This document shows positions 1 through 10,935 of a stretch of DNA of 64,000 bases, one piece after another. A model generated the notes under the pieces. The model did no database searches. It was not told where the DNA came from and saw only the letters and a program-made list of their open reading frames with translations. The position numbers and the translations under genes were made by a program. Source of the DNA: Anthoceros angustus (lineage: Eukaryota > Plantae > Anthocerotophyta); contig MU008200.1 of the NCBI GenBank assembly GCA_010909165.1, forward strand, positions 372,001 to 436,000. The letters are read 5' to 3'. Numbering within the stretch: position 1 is the stretch's first letter; the number at the start of each line of letters is the position of its first letter.

Positions 1-850
1 TGAAATGACAGACTTGGGAGGCGAGCCATATACTTGGCATGCGTATTCGTCGGAGCATATAAGCCGCTTTATTTGTCTCGACGGAATACATTAACGAGGC
101 TTCAACGTTTCAACATGGAGAAGGGAAGCCATTGGGTACTCCATTGCCTCCATATGTGAAACTTTCAAGCCGGATTGCCCAAGCTCGAGGAGGACAAAGA
201 AATGGAGAAGGTCCCATACTCATCGTAGGGAGTTTGATGTATGCAATGATTGCTACGTCGACATTGCCTTTGCGGTGGGAGTGGTTAGCGAGTTATGTCA
301 AACCCAGCAAGAAGCATTGGGAGGCGATAAAAGGAGTTATGAGGTATCCGAATGGTACAAAAGCTTTGTGCATATGTTTTGGTAGTGAAGATGCATGTGT
401 GGTTGGGTACACAGATCGATTATCACGAGGATATGGACAAAAGGAGGTCCACATCGAGTTATGTCTTCATGTGCCTTTGGAGGCGATCTCATGGCGATCT
501 CGTTTGCGATCGTGCATTACGCTATCTACCACGAGGCCGAGTATGTTGCGACAGCGAGGCTTGCAAGGAAGCCATATGGCTTGCTCGTTTAGTGGGAGAC
601 TTGGGGATCAAGGTTGAGCTGCCGGTGTTGCATTGTGATAGCAGTGCTATCAATTGGCAAAGAATCCGATGTTTCATGCGAAGACTAAACATGTGGATGT
701 GAAGTATCACTTCATTCGAGAGGTGTTGGACGACAAGAGGGTACAACTTGTCAAGGTTCACACCGAACCTGGATATTCTTACCAAGGGACTCTCTACGGA
801 GCAATTTGCACAAGCTCGGACAACGATGGGCATGAGATAGTCCATTCTTC
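1..850 (+). pseudogene. Ty1/copia reverse transcriptase C-terminus and RNase H (frameshifted), 5' part outside window
   Basis: Across frames: EMTDLG, VGSLMYAM, KKHWEAIKGVMRY, KEAIWLARL..LHCDS, KNPMFHAKTKHVDVKYHFIRE, all standard copia RT/RH motifs. Confidence 0.92.
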
Positions 851-868
851 TAAGGTAAATTGGCCTTT

Positions 869-879
869 AAGTGGGAGGT
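869..879 (+). promoter_or_regulatory. Polypurine tract of the first copia element
   Basis: AAGTGGGAGGT shortly after the RH region and directly before TGTAAGGG. Confidence 0.7.
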
Positions 880-1136
880 TGTAAGGGTATTAAAGCCCAA
901 TGTACTTAGACTAATACACTTAGTCTAAGTTAGGTGTCGATTAAGTATCATTAGTTTAGCTTAAGCTAATCACTAGGAAGCTTCTTGTGCTCCTTCCTAG
1001 GGGCTTCTTGTGGAGCTTCCTAGGAGCCTATTGGAGGTATAAATACCCTCAAGCCTCATCTCAATGTGAGAGAGTTACACTTGCCTCCTCCTCTCCTCTC
1101 TTGTTTCCACTATCATGTCTTTGCCACGATCCTTCA
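880..1136 (+). repeat. Copia 3' LTR (~257 bp)
   Basis: Starts TGTAAGG after the PPT, contains TATAAATA, ends ATCCTTCA. Sequence beyond 1136 switches to gypsy post-protease sequence homologous (inverted) to ~61140-61170. Confidence 0.65.
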
Positions 1137-1910
1137 TGGACTCTCCCCTCACAGGGTGCCTCCCTGTACGAATCGACCTCCGAGCCTACCGTGCCTCGAC
1201 TTAAGTGCGCCTTTCGGCGAATCAAAGACACAAGCAGTACCATACAGCCAAGGTCTGCCTATCAAAACCTTGTAGCCTAAATCTGACACGGGCCTCATGA
1301 CAATGTAGGTAAGGTGGAAGGTGAGACCTCCAATCACAGTAGGTACATTTCTCAACACTCCCAGTGGCTTCCTCCTTGTTTGGTCGGCCATCCGCAAAAA
1401 CACTCGGACCGGGTGGAATTTGGTGAACCCAAGCTGATGAGCTGTCTCCTCCGTCATCAAATTGACTCCCGATCCCGAGTTCAATGGCACATCGGGCATC
1501 AAGCATCCTGCAATTTCAACCTCAATTTCGGGTGCCCCCAAATCAACGAGCTCGGCTACATTTACTTCCACCGACCGCTTCCTCGCCCCCACTGCCTCAG
1601 GGATTCCCCTGATCGCTTCCTTCATAATTTTGCGGGATCTCGGACTCACCGCAAGCAACTGCCTCAAACTGACCACAAATTCGCGGTCAAGCAATGCATC
1701 AGCGAAACTGGAGATCTTATCTGACAAGGTGTCCTCCCCGTTTGCAGCCCTGACGCTGGTCGACTCCGACCTTATTGGTAAATCTTCCGAATCCATGGTC
1801 CCTCCTGTCGGGTGGGACTCTATACCCGGCGGATCAACAACTTCTGGCTCCGCTACCTTCTTCGCATGCTGGGTTAGTTTATTCGGTTCCTCCTCCAGCA
1901 TCGCCGCCAC
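1137..1910 (-). pseudogene. Athila-like Ty3/gypsy aspartic protease region (subfamily 2)
   Basis: ORF 1149..1910: IEVEIAG..VPLNSGSGVNLMTEETA..VFLRMADQ..KPLGVL..LIGRPWL. The catalytic D reads N here. Homologous to 60700-61130 (+). Confidence 0.82.
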
Positions 1911-2506
1911 TTCGTGGCTGATATCGGGAGGAAACGCGGATCGTTTCTCCCCCTCGTTTGGCCCTTCCTCGCTCCGCTCACCCGCCTCACATCAGAAGTG
2001 CATCACCGGGGTAGTCCGCCATGCCGGTAGGGTGGGCCCGTTGCTCCTCCTCTTCACGTGACTGGACGCCTCGCGTCTCTGGAGGCCAAGGTGAGTCGTC
2101 CCTCACCTTCCTCCTCTTCCTTTCCTCCTTCTCGCGCCGTTTCTCCGACCTTCGGCCTTTCTCCCGTCGCTCCGATCGGGTGGTCACCTTGGCCACCATC
2201 AATCCTTCATCTGCGCTCATCTCTCCTTCGTACCCTTCCTCCACAATTCCTGATGTTGCACTGGATTCGTCGAAGAAATCATATTCCGCCCACCAGAGGC
2301 CGTGGTCACCGTGATCGCGGTTTCAGGGTTGGGTCGTGCCTCCTCTACCACGTTCCATGAATCGGACCCACAGTGCGTCTGGTGCCACTCGCGCCACTCT
2401 CGAACACACAGGATCCCCATCTTATGCCCCAATTCCTTGCATACGACAAAGGGCACATAACCCACTTGCTTCCGGGAGTTCTGATCATTTGAGTAGTGAC
2501 CGTGTT

Positions 2507-2926
2507 TTAATTATAAACTTTCGGAATCGCCATCGGCCTTTGTGATGAATCCGGTCTCCATGGCCTGGTGATGTCGGTCGCGACCCATACCTCGAGGCAG
2601 GTGTAGCAGTGTTGGTAAGTCGCCCTCATCGATTGAGGTGTCCAACTTCCGGTGTTGCTTGTACTTGCCTCATCCACATACCAATAGTCCTCAGCAGCGG
2701 TTTCCACATGATTTACCGCATGGCGTGGCGCGCGAATACATTCCCGGTTGGTGTGTCCCGTTTGATGACAAATTGAGCAATACACCAACTGTCTCACCGG
2801 TAAGGGTGACCTCCGTGGGGCTTGATTCTTCATAGCCTTGACCTCCAATTCGGTCAATCTTTTTTTTAAAGCCTCCACCTGTCCAGCAATTCCGCCTCCA
2901 GCTGCGGACGTCTCTCCTTTCTCCAT
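2507..2926 (-). pseudogene. Gypsy gag C-terminus with CCHC zinc knuckle
   Basis: CSICHQTGHTNREC (CX2CX4HX4C) preceded by helical VEALKKRLTELEVK, lying upstream of the protease on the same strand. Confidence 0.8.
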
Positions 2927-2956
2927 CTGACGGACCGTCTTCCCTTTACTTTCCTA

Positions 2957-4471
2957 ATGCGGGTGATGGCGGCCTGGGCGCCGCTCGCGGCGCCTCGCGT
3001 TGCTTCTCCTTGCCCTTCCCTACCGGTAAGTGCACGCCCGGCGTGGGGTGCTTGCCTACCGTGTGGGGCATTTCCCCAGCGGTAATGATACGCTACCCTC
3101 ACCGTGGTAAGGTACGCTACCTATGGTCGCCCTTGCCAGCTTGGTGCTGCCTTCCCTCTGGGGCGCCTTGGGAATGCCTCTTCCTAGGCACCCATGCAAT
3201 GGTGGGACTCCCCACCCTTGGAGGCGGTAGTTCTTCTTTCATAAACTACCACTTGGCCTCCTTGGCCAAATCTGCTCTTCTCCTCCTTCTTGCTCTTGTG
3301 GGGAAAAGCCTCCACTCGGCAACCTTGTTGCCTCCACTTCCTCAATCCACAGGTCACAGGGGTGCTTTTGGAGTGCGGCCTCCTTGGTCCTCCTCAAGGC
3401 AAAGGGTAGGGGCCTCTCTAAGCTTGCCTGGAGGTGAACGACTTCAAAAGGATGCCACGCATCTTCAAGCTCTTTGCTGGTCAAGAGCCCCTCCGTTTCC
3501 CACAAGTGCACCAAGTAGGTGCTAAGATAACAGGGCCTCGGCCCTTCCTCATCCACCGAATTTGGCCTAAGGAGCTTCTCCACATGATGTATGTAGGCTC
3601 AGCACATAATCGTCCCCATCATCTTGGCTCCTCGAAATATTCCACAGGCAGGAGGAAGTTGGTGCTGAAATAAGACGTCCGTTGGTAATTCACCAATCCC
3701 AACACAATCTTTGCAAAGAGCCTCCATTTCAGCTCCTTGATGCTATCCGTCTTCCAGCCATTCTTGGCATGGGCCTTCACTCCCCCGTCCATCATATCCA
3801 GGACCTCCTGCGGAATTTCTGTGAGGGAGATCCTCTTCCCTCCATTCGTCCTCTCGAGGAGAGCGATTCCTGAGCTCTCCTCCTCCCGACTCCACTAGAA
3901 TGCTCGGATTTGTCCAGGCAGCAGATCAATCCGAGCATTCCTCTCCCTGCTTGTGACAAAAGCCTTATAGATGGAGATTGATGTCCTCAATCAATTCAAG
4001 TTGGTGTAGGCCCATTGGCGTATACCCCATCCCAATTGGATGTTCTCCTCCTGCGGAATTTCTGTGAGGGAGATCCTCTTCCCTCCATTCGTCCTCTCGA
4101 GGAGAGCGATTCCTGAGCTCTCCTCCTCCGGCCTTCCATACACCTGTCGAATGCTCCGGACTGTCCAGCAACGCGGATCAATCCGAGCATTCCTCTCCCA
4201 AGAACGCAAGGTCGATAGATGGAGATTGATGTAGCACTCCTCAATCAATTCCAAGTTGGTGTAGGCCCATTGGCGCCATACACCCATCCCAATTGGATGT
4301 TCCTCCTCCTCGCCCATTGCAAATCGGCCAAATCACGGGGTTGGTATACAGAAAGCGTGGTGGGCATCACATCATCTCCCACAGGCGTGCGCGGCTGCGC
4401 CGCCTTCTTTCCTCCTCCCGCGAGGAGGGACCTTGGCAGGTTCCTTCACGCTCACTCCCAGCTCGAGGCAT
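2957..4471 (-). pseudogene. ORF X (extra 3' ORF of the Athila-like element), N-terminal part, subfamily 2
   Basis: EENIQLGW..RQWAYTNLELIEE, NARIDPRCWTVRSIRQVY, YLVHLWETEGLLTSKELED match the peptides at 20183-21215 and 44654-45600. The linker at 2950-3120 matches 59580-59750. Confidence 0.62.
3804..4307. repeat. Tandem duplication, unit ~245-260 bp
   Basis: CTCCTGCGGAATTTCTGTGAGGGAGATCCTCTTCCC begins at 3805 and 4048. Both units end CCCATCCCAATTGGATGTT, with CCTCCT microhomology at the joints. Confidence 0.85.
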
Positions 4472-4733
4472 GGCGCTTTTTCCACTCTCCAAACGCTTCT
4501 AAAGAAGAGAATTACTCCCCAATTCCAAGCGTTGTGGGCTTCAAAGCTTCACTCCCAAACACTCCCCTTCCTTGTCACTGGCAACAACACCCAACCTGAG
4601 GCACAAGTACACGTTAGCCCTGGCTTGAGCCTTCTAGCTGCTGCCAATTTCCCCTTCGCGGTCTCTTCTCCGAGCGGGGCACGCCCGGCAATCAATCAGT
4701 GGCCGCCAATTCCCGCAATTCCGGCTGCCTCGG

Positions 4734-4957
4734 TGTAAAAGCTAAGTGAATAGCTGTGCAGATCAACATGAGAGCCAAAGAAACCAAGAGCACAAGCGAG
4801 CACCACGAGGAAAAAAGCGTATGTGGAGAAAAGAAATTGATTAATGGAAGAAACTATCTTATACAAAAGCGACGGTTATTTAACCGTACAAAATGCAAAA
4901 CTACTTTAGCCGTTCATAGTTGTAACTTAACATAACGCTTTCAGGCTATTTCTAATA
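4734..4957 (-). repeat. Copia-type LTR (~224 bp), TA...CA termini
   Basis: Minus strand reads PPT AAGTGGGAG, then TATTAGAAA...TTTTACA. AT-rich, with an abrupt switch to gypsy sequence left of 4734. Confidence 0.68.
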
Positions 4958-4966
4958 CTCCCACTT
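4958..4966 (-). promoter_or_regulatory. Polypurine tract
   Basis: AAGTGGGAG on the minus strand adjoining the LTR, same motif as at 869 and 12938. Confidence 0.65.
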
Positions 4967-5890
4967 AGTTGAAGCATGTTTGATCGAAAATTAAACTGTA
5001 AATTCGTCGCCTGGTGTGGTGACAAAGTACAGATGATGGGTGCACGGTAACATGCCAAACGTGACACTCTCACTCCCGCTTCACTTCAACTTGCCAATTA
5101 CTCCCCAACGCTCGCTATAACTAGAGCTATGGCATCCTTGAGTGCCATTGAGCTGATGTCACTTGTGATCACAGTCTTCTCGCTCGCAATCCTCTGCACC
5201 TGGATATCTTCATCTCAGCGGTGTGCCCATCGCGTCTTGTGTGGTCAATGGACGACGTAACACAAGGCCAAGTGCTGGGTTGTGAGAGTGATTCGATCGG
5301 AAATTCTCGAAGCGCCTTGTCTTCATGCAATGCATTGTCCCGACTCTAACATAGTCTCCTTCGAGTCTCCAAGTTGCGGTCCTGTTCCAGCTGATAGTTC
5401 GAAGGCGAAAACGGCGAGAAGACTCCAAAACTTCGACGACAAGGGCGTCCCTCGAAGAGTGTACGTTGCGCCTTCAGCTGACTTTCACAAGATGGCCTGC
5501 AAAGAGACTGAACACAAGGAAAAAGGAGGTATAGTAGGGGTGGCCACAGGCCTACTCCAAGAGATCACAGCATGGAAATCCCTCTTCCAGTGGATTCTGA
5601 TGACGAGGTCTACATGGAGAAAGAGTGGGGGCACAAGCCTGCTAAGTCTGCTAAGGGCGTGAAGAAAACAGGAAAAGAGGAAGTGAAGAAACGTGAGCCA
5701 CATATGACAGGAACTGGTGTGTGGGTCACATACGGCAGTAAGCAGCTGACTTGAAAGTTATGTTGAGAGTCTGTTGTTTGCAAGGAAAGTGACTGATCAT
5801 CCCCGTGGGTTTGTAGCTTTGACAGAGGAGTTTGCCAAGGCCGATAAGGCCAGAGAAGACCTGGTGAAGACACTCAAAAAACACAGCAAA

Positions 5891-5898
5891 CTCCCACT
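5891..5898 (-). promoter_or_regulatory. Candidate polypurine tract of Copia-A
   Basis: AGTGGGAG about 25 bp after the RNase H stop (5923), the canonical copia position. Confidence 0.55.
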
Positions 5899-5922
5899 GG
5901 GGGATTAGAAAGGCAAACCAGG

Positions 5923-8900
5923 CTAATGAGCAGTGCCCTTAGTAGCAACACCAGGGATCTCACAAATGCCAGCAGAAGCAGTGTGTTTTTCATGTAATGG
6001 TTTTGACAAGGCCTTCGTGAGAAGGTCAAACATTGTCCATGATGGGAACATACGACCTTTGTACCTCTCATTCTGCTTGATGAATAAAATGATGGCTAAT
6101 TTCGATATGCTTGGACCTTGCATGGAACACAGGATTTCTTGAGAAAGCGATGGCTGATTGGTTGTCACATAATAATGGAGTGGGATCGGACTGAAGTTGT
6201 TGAAGTCCTTTGAGAAAAGCTAATATTCCATATTCCTTGGAAGCTTGAGTCATGGCATACTCGCCAGGAAAGACATATAGTGGATAACTTCTTGCTGGAC
6301 CAGGAAACAACTGAAGTGCCCATGAAAGTACAATAGGCAGCAACATCATGCGAGTGTCGGGATCCCGCCCAATCGCATCGCAATAAGTGAAAGAGCTAAA
6401 CCGGTTGTGGACTTGACGCAAGCCAAGTCGGGAGTGCCTTTCAAGTATCGAAGATACGCTTAGCAGATCGATGAGGGGACCAGGTTCTCTAAAAGCGACT
6501 CCTGCTCCCCCGCAGTAATGTCCAACCGTGTCCATCCATAAAGGTAAATCAAGGAGCCAACAGCTTGTCGATAGGGAATGTTGGCCATAAGCTTCTTCTC
6601 CTCATCGGTAGTGGGACATTGCTCAACAGAAAGCTTCTCACCAAGTGCCATAGGAGTGGACACTGGTTTAGCATCAAGCATATTAAAACGCTGGAGGAGC
6701 TGATGAACAAAGTGATCCTGATGTATGTCAATAGTTCCGGCAGTAGGATTGAGATGAAACTGGACACCAAGGGAGAAGGTAAGTTCCCCAAGGTCAATCA
6801 TGTCAAACTTAGAAAGCAGGATCATTTTGATGCGAGCCATAAGAGTAGCAGAATTGCTAAAAAGGAAATTGTCATCGACATAAACTGTAAGGATCAGAAA
6901 GTCGGCTCCATCCCATAAAATATATACACTGGTGTCTGCATTAAGGCAGGTGAAGCCGAGCTCCATCAAAAGCTTGTGAAACACCTCATACCAGGCTCGT
7001 GAAGCCTGCTTGAGTCCATAAAGAGTTTTGAGGAGCTTGCAAACCTTGTGTGATGATAAAACCTTCAGGCTGAACCATATAGATGTCTTCCTCCAGCAAG
7101 CCATTCAAAAAAGCTGTTTTGACATCCAGTTGATGCACGAGGAGATTGTGATGAACTGCCAGGGCTAAAAGGATACGAACAGAGGTGGACTTGACAACAG
7201 GAGCAAATGTCTCATTGTAGTCAAGCCCTGGATTTGGCTATAGCCCTTGGCCACTAGACGGGCCTTGTATCTTCCAACAGACCCATCAGTACTCAACTTT
7301 TTCTTGAAAACCCACTTACATTGAACAGGTTTTCGACCAGGAGGGAGATCGACAAGCTTCCATGTCTTATTTTGGATGAGGGACTTATACTCTGAATCTA
7401 TGGCAGCTTGCCAAAAAGAGGCCTCGTGGCCGCTAAGGCTCATAAGGTTAAAGGCTCACCAAGGAAGTCAAACGAGAAAGCGTAAGAGAATTCAGAAGTG
7501 ACTATATGTGCAGAATAAGGGGCTCTTTCCACTCAGGCATAGGTCGACGGATGCGAGTGGAACGACGAGGAGGAGGGACTGAGTCGCCGTATTCGGGCTC
7601 TACGATGGGTGTGACAACAGGCTCAACTGACGAAGAGTCTGCATGGGGAATACCTGAGAGTTCACTATCATCACAAGGGCCTGCTGGTGGTGGTGGAGAT
7701 GTTGAAATGTCCATCATGTCTAAGCCTTTTCATCTTCACCATCATTATAATCGGAAGCTGAAATTGGTTCCCTTATTTCCTGAGAAGGAGAAGCATCCTC
7801 GTCGAAACGACCTCATCAAGATTCAAGAACCTATCTTCTATGCCATGGATGGAAGAAGAAACAGGGTCGCATCCGAAGCAAGACGGCCAGCGAAGAAGAG
7901 CGACCTCGTGGAAAACCACGCTCCTTGATAAAGTGAGGGTGACGGGTTAAACAACTTGTAGCCCTTCACCTCCTCGAGTACGACAAAAACATGCCGAGAT
8001 GCCTTGGGATCAAGCTTGAACGCAATCGAGGGACGAGAGCATAAGCGAGCAAAAATTCGAGGTGTCGAACTCGGGGCTTCTTGCCCGTCCATCTTTCAAA
8101 AGGGGTCATGGTGCCAAGCTCCTTTGTCGGCAGCCGATTCGTACATAGTTGGGCCATCAAAGCTTCCAATACCCACGTGAGTCCAAAGAGAGAGAAGCCA
8201 AAGTGGCTTCCTGAGTTCTGTTTTGCGTTAGAAAGCATTCTCTGGAGTGTAAGGGAATCAATGATGAAGGATTCCTTCTTGTATGATGCGATGCGATCGT
8301 GGTGTACTCACCGCCATTGTCTGCAAGATTCGCACCTACAGAAGTCTCGGGCGTTGAGCATAGCGAACATAAGACTTGAAGCATCAAAGCTTCACTCTTG
8401 TGTCGTAGAAAGAAAACTACACAATATCTCGCCCACTCGATGAAGGTCAAGAAATAGTCTGCCCCCCCAAAGGAGCTAGTGGACATGGGGCCACATATGT
8501 CGCTATGCACAGTATGAAGCAAGCCATCAGCACGGCTAAGGGCCATATCCTTAAAAGGCAGTGAATGTGCCTTACTCAATTGACAGGACTCACAGAAGGC
8601 GTTCTTATCAAAAGGGAATTCAAGGGGCTCACGATAACTCTCACCTTTGACAAGGGAACTGAGGCGTTGGAAATTGACATGTCCAAGACGACAGTGCCAC
8701 AATTGTGTGGAAGGTACCTCTGTGGAATGAACTGATTGAGTAGAACCTAACACAGTCTTGACGTTCAGGAGGTACAGGTTGTGAGAAGGTGAGCCAGAGA
8801 AAAGATGATGCCCTAACTTGGAGCTTGTAACGTAGCACCCTTGCTGATCAAAACACACTCGGCAGTAATGTTCCTGTGACAACTTCAGGACAGACATCAA

Positions 8901-9840
8901 GTTCTTACTCATTGAAGGGACATAGAGAACCTTTGTGAGTGTAAGGCTTGAAGAGTCAAGCAAGGAAATGATAACAAAGCCTGAACCTTTGATAGAAAGT
9001 CCACTATCGTCCCCTAGTAAGACAAACTGTTTGGCATCAGCAGAAGGAGTGAAAGAAGAAAAAGCACGCCTGTAAAAGCAAATATGACTTGTGGCTCCTG
9101 AATCGAGAAACCATGTGTCAGAATGTACTTGTGTAGACGACAAACAAACTGCCAGGATAGTGGGCTGCTTAGCCTTGCGATGGTGACGTTTCGGAGGATG
9201 ATCGCTGGCTCTCCTCCTTTCTTCTTCACGGCCTCGTTCATAATGGCGTGAATCTTACATTGCACACAAAAGTCTTCTTGTTGATTACGTCACGTTGTGG
9301 GTTCGAGTAGGAACCACGTCCTCTACCTCGACCTCGAAGCCCTCGGCCTCTTGATGTAAACAATACTCTTGTGTTGTTGGAAGTGGAGCCCTTAGGTTTG
9401 TGAAAACTCCTTGTGCGCTCCTCGGATATAAGGGCCAATTACCTCCTCGAGTGTTACCTTGGTGCAAGCAGTGCTTGAACAGCATGTATTGTGCATTCGA
9501 ACAAAGTCGATAACTACGGAAGTGAAGCCAAGATACTTATAGCTGCTTGAACTTCGACCTTTGTACCACAATAGGCAAGATTAACGGTTGATATAAGCCT
9601 CAGCAGGCTCATTGTCCCGCATCCTCAAGTTGAAGAAGTCTCTGCGCATGCACCGAGGACGCCGAACTCTTGTCGATATATGTGAAAACTTTCCACACAT
9701 CTGCCGAGGTTTTGGCATCTGTATGTGTGGCATCACATTTCTATCTAAGGCAGCAATGAGTATAGAAACACGCCTATCGCCGCTCCCGGTGTGGGAGGCG
9801 GATCCGGGGCTCGAGATGCACCCTCTAAGCGGCCACACTT
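5923..9840 (-). pseudogene. Copia-A gag-protease-integrase-RT-RNase H (frameshifted)
   Basis: gag ILIAALDRNVMPH..FFNLRMRDNE; protease WFLDSGATSHIC; LWHCRLGH; integrase HSDICGP, DNGGEY, TPFERWTGKKP; RT CKWVFK..YKARLVAKG, LYGLKQASRAWY, YVDD; RH CDNQSAI..SKHIEI..HF. Copia domain order. Confidence 0.93.
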
Positions 9841-10032
9841 ATCCCACTGTCGTTTAAATCGTTGGGTTTCGTCCCATGAGACTTGTGGAGCAGTCGAATC
9901 TTGAGAAATCGTCACTACCGCACACTACCTCAGCCTTCTAAACAAGCAAGGCGCCCTCTCACGCTCCCTCTACAGCAGCTCGCGCCCGTCTTGCCGTAAA
10001 TTCACCAAACCTCAACCTGGACACCACACAAT

Positions 10033-10815
10033 TGCAGTTCGTCTTGACAAGGTGTCTATCACGGGCGCCAGGACCCCGACCCACCGCAACCGTCCCTACT
10101 CCTAAGACACTCTTCTCCACACGAGCGCCTCTTACTTGCAGTTGGGATTCGTCCCTTAGGCTGCACTGTGGCCTTAGTTTTCCTACACTCTAATCCTCCT
10201 CACAACTCTCTCAATCAACAACGCCCTCTTCTCTACTCATCTACCCTTCCTTCCTCCACAATCTCCTACTCTAACACCAATTCTTTGGCTCATTAATTCC
10301 AACTCGCCCTTGGCTGGCACAGGGTCCGTCAGGAAGTGTGAGTTCTTCCTTGGGCGGTTGCTATGTGGTTTGTACCAGCGAGAACCTCCGAGTCTTTCCT
10401 GCAGTCTACCCTCAAGCCGAGAGTTCCTTGAGCATCGCCACACACTCAAAGCAAAACAATTCACAACCATTCACAAGGGAGCGGCTAGCGAGGCGCTGCA
10501 AAGAGCAAGCCCTCGACACTCCGACCGCGCGTTCTCCCTCTCTACCGGACCTGCGTTGGCTTGCACGGCACGAAATTCACGCACACAAAGTGAAGGACTC
10601 GGGAGGATGGGAGGCAAGACACGATAATTTTACTTCACAAGCTCCCTCCTTTTATAGGAGGTCCTCACATACAGCCTCCCACAGGCGCCCTCCAGCCTTT
10701 GCCTCCTTATTTTAGTGTATCCTATTGTCGGACTTTAAGTTCGACATCCAAGCATCTTGGGTAAAATTCTATTCTAGCAAATTCACCTATGTGAGCCTTA
10801 ATGGCTCTGTCAACA
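10033..10815 (-). repeat. Athila-like LTR (subfamily 1), ~780 bp; 5' boundary could be 10854
   Basis: Five near-identical copies in the window. Starts TGTTG after purine-rich AGATAGGAA, has a CCTATAAAAGG TATA box, ends in CA a few nt before an Asp-type PBS, and follows ORF X. Confidence 0.72.
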
Positions 10816-10935
10816 TTCCTATCTAGCTAGTCAACACACACTCTCTTGGTGACAAGCATTAATGCCTCCTCCTCTAAAGAAAAGTCTTCCCAAGTGGCAT
10901 CTTGCCCCATGTCTTCAAGCTAATTTAAGGACTTC

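Noticed and set aside
2507-2926. Host zinc-finger gene
   Set aside because: The CCHC knuckle sits directly upstream of a retroviral-type protease, so it is gag nucleocapsid.
880-4957. LTRs at 880-1136 and 4734-4957 as a pair enclosing the gypsy fragment
   Set aside because: Different sequences, opposite orientation, and each has its own PPT facing away from the enclosed region.
10062-10070. TGGCGCCCG as a tRNA-Lys PBS
   Set aside because: It lies inside the LTR ~30 bp before its end, is not preceded by CA, and the rest does not match; a better Asp-type PBS follows.
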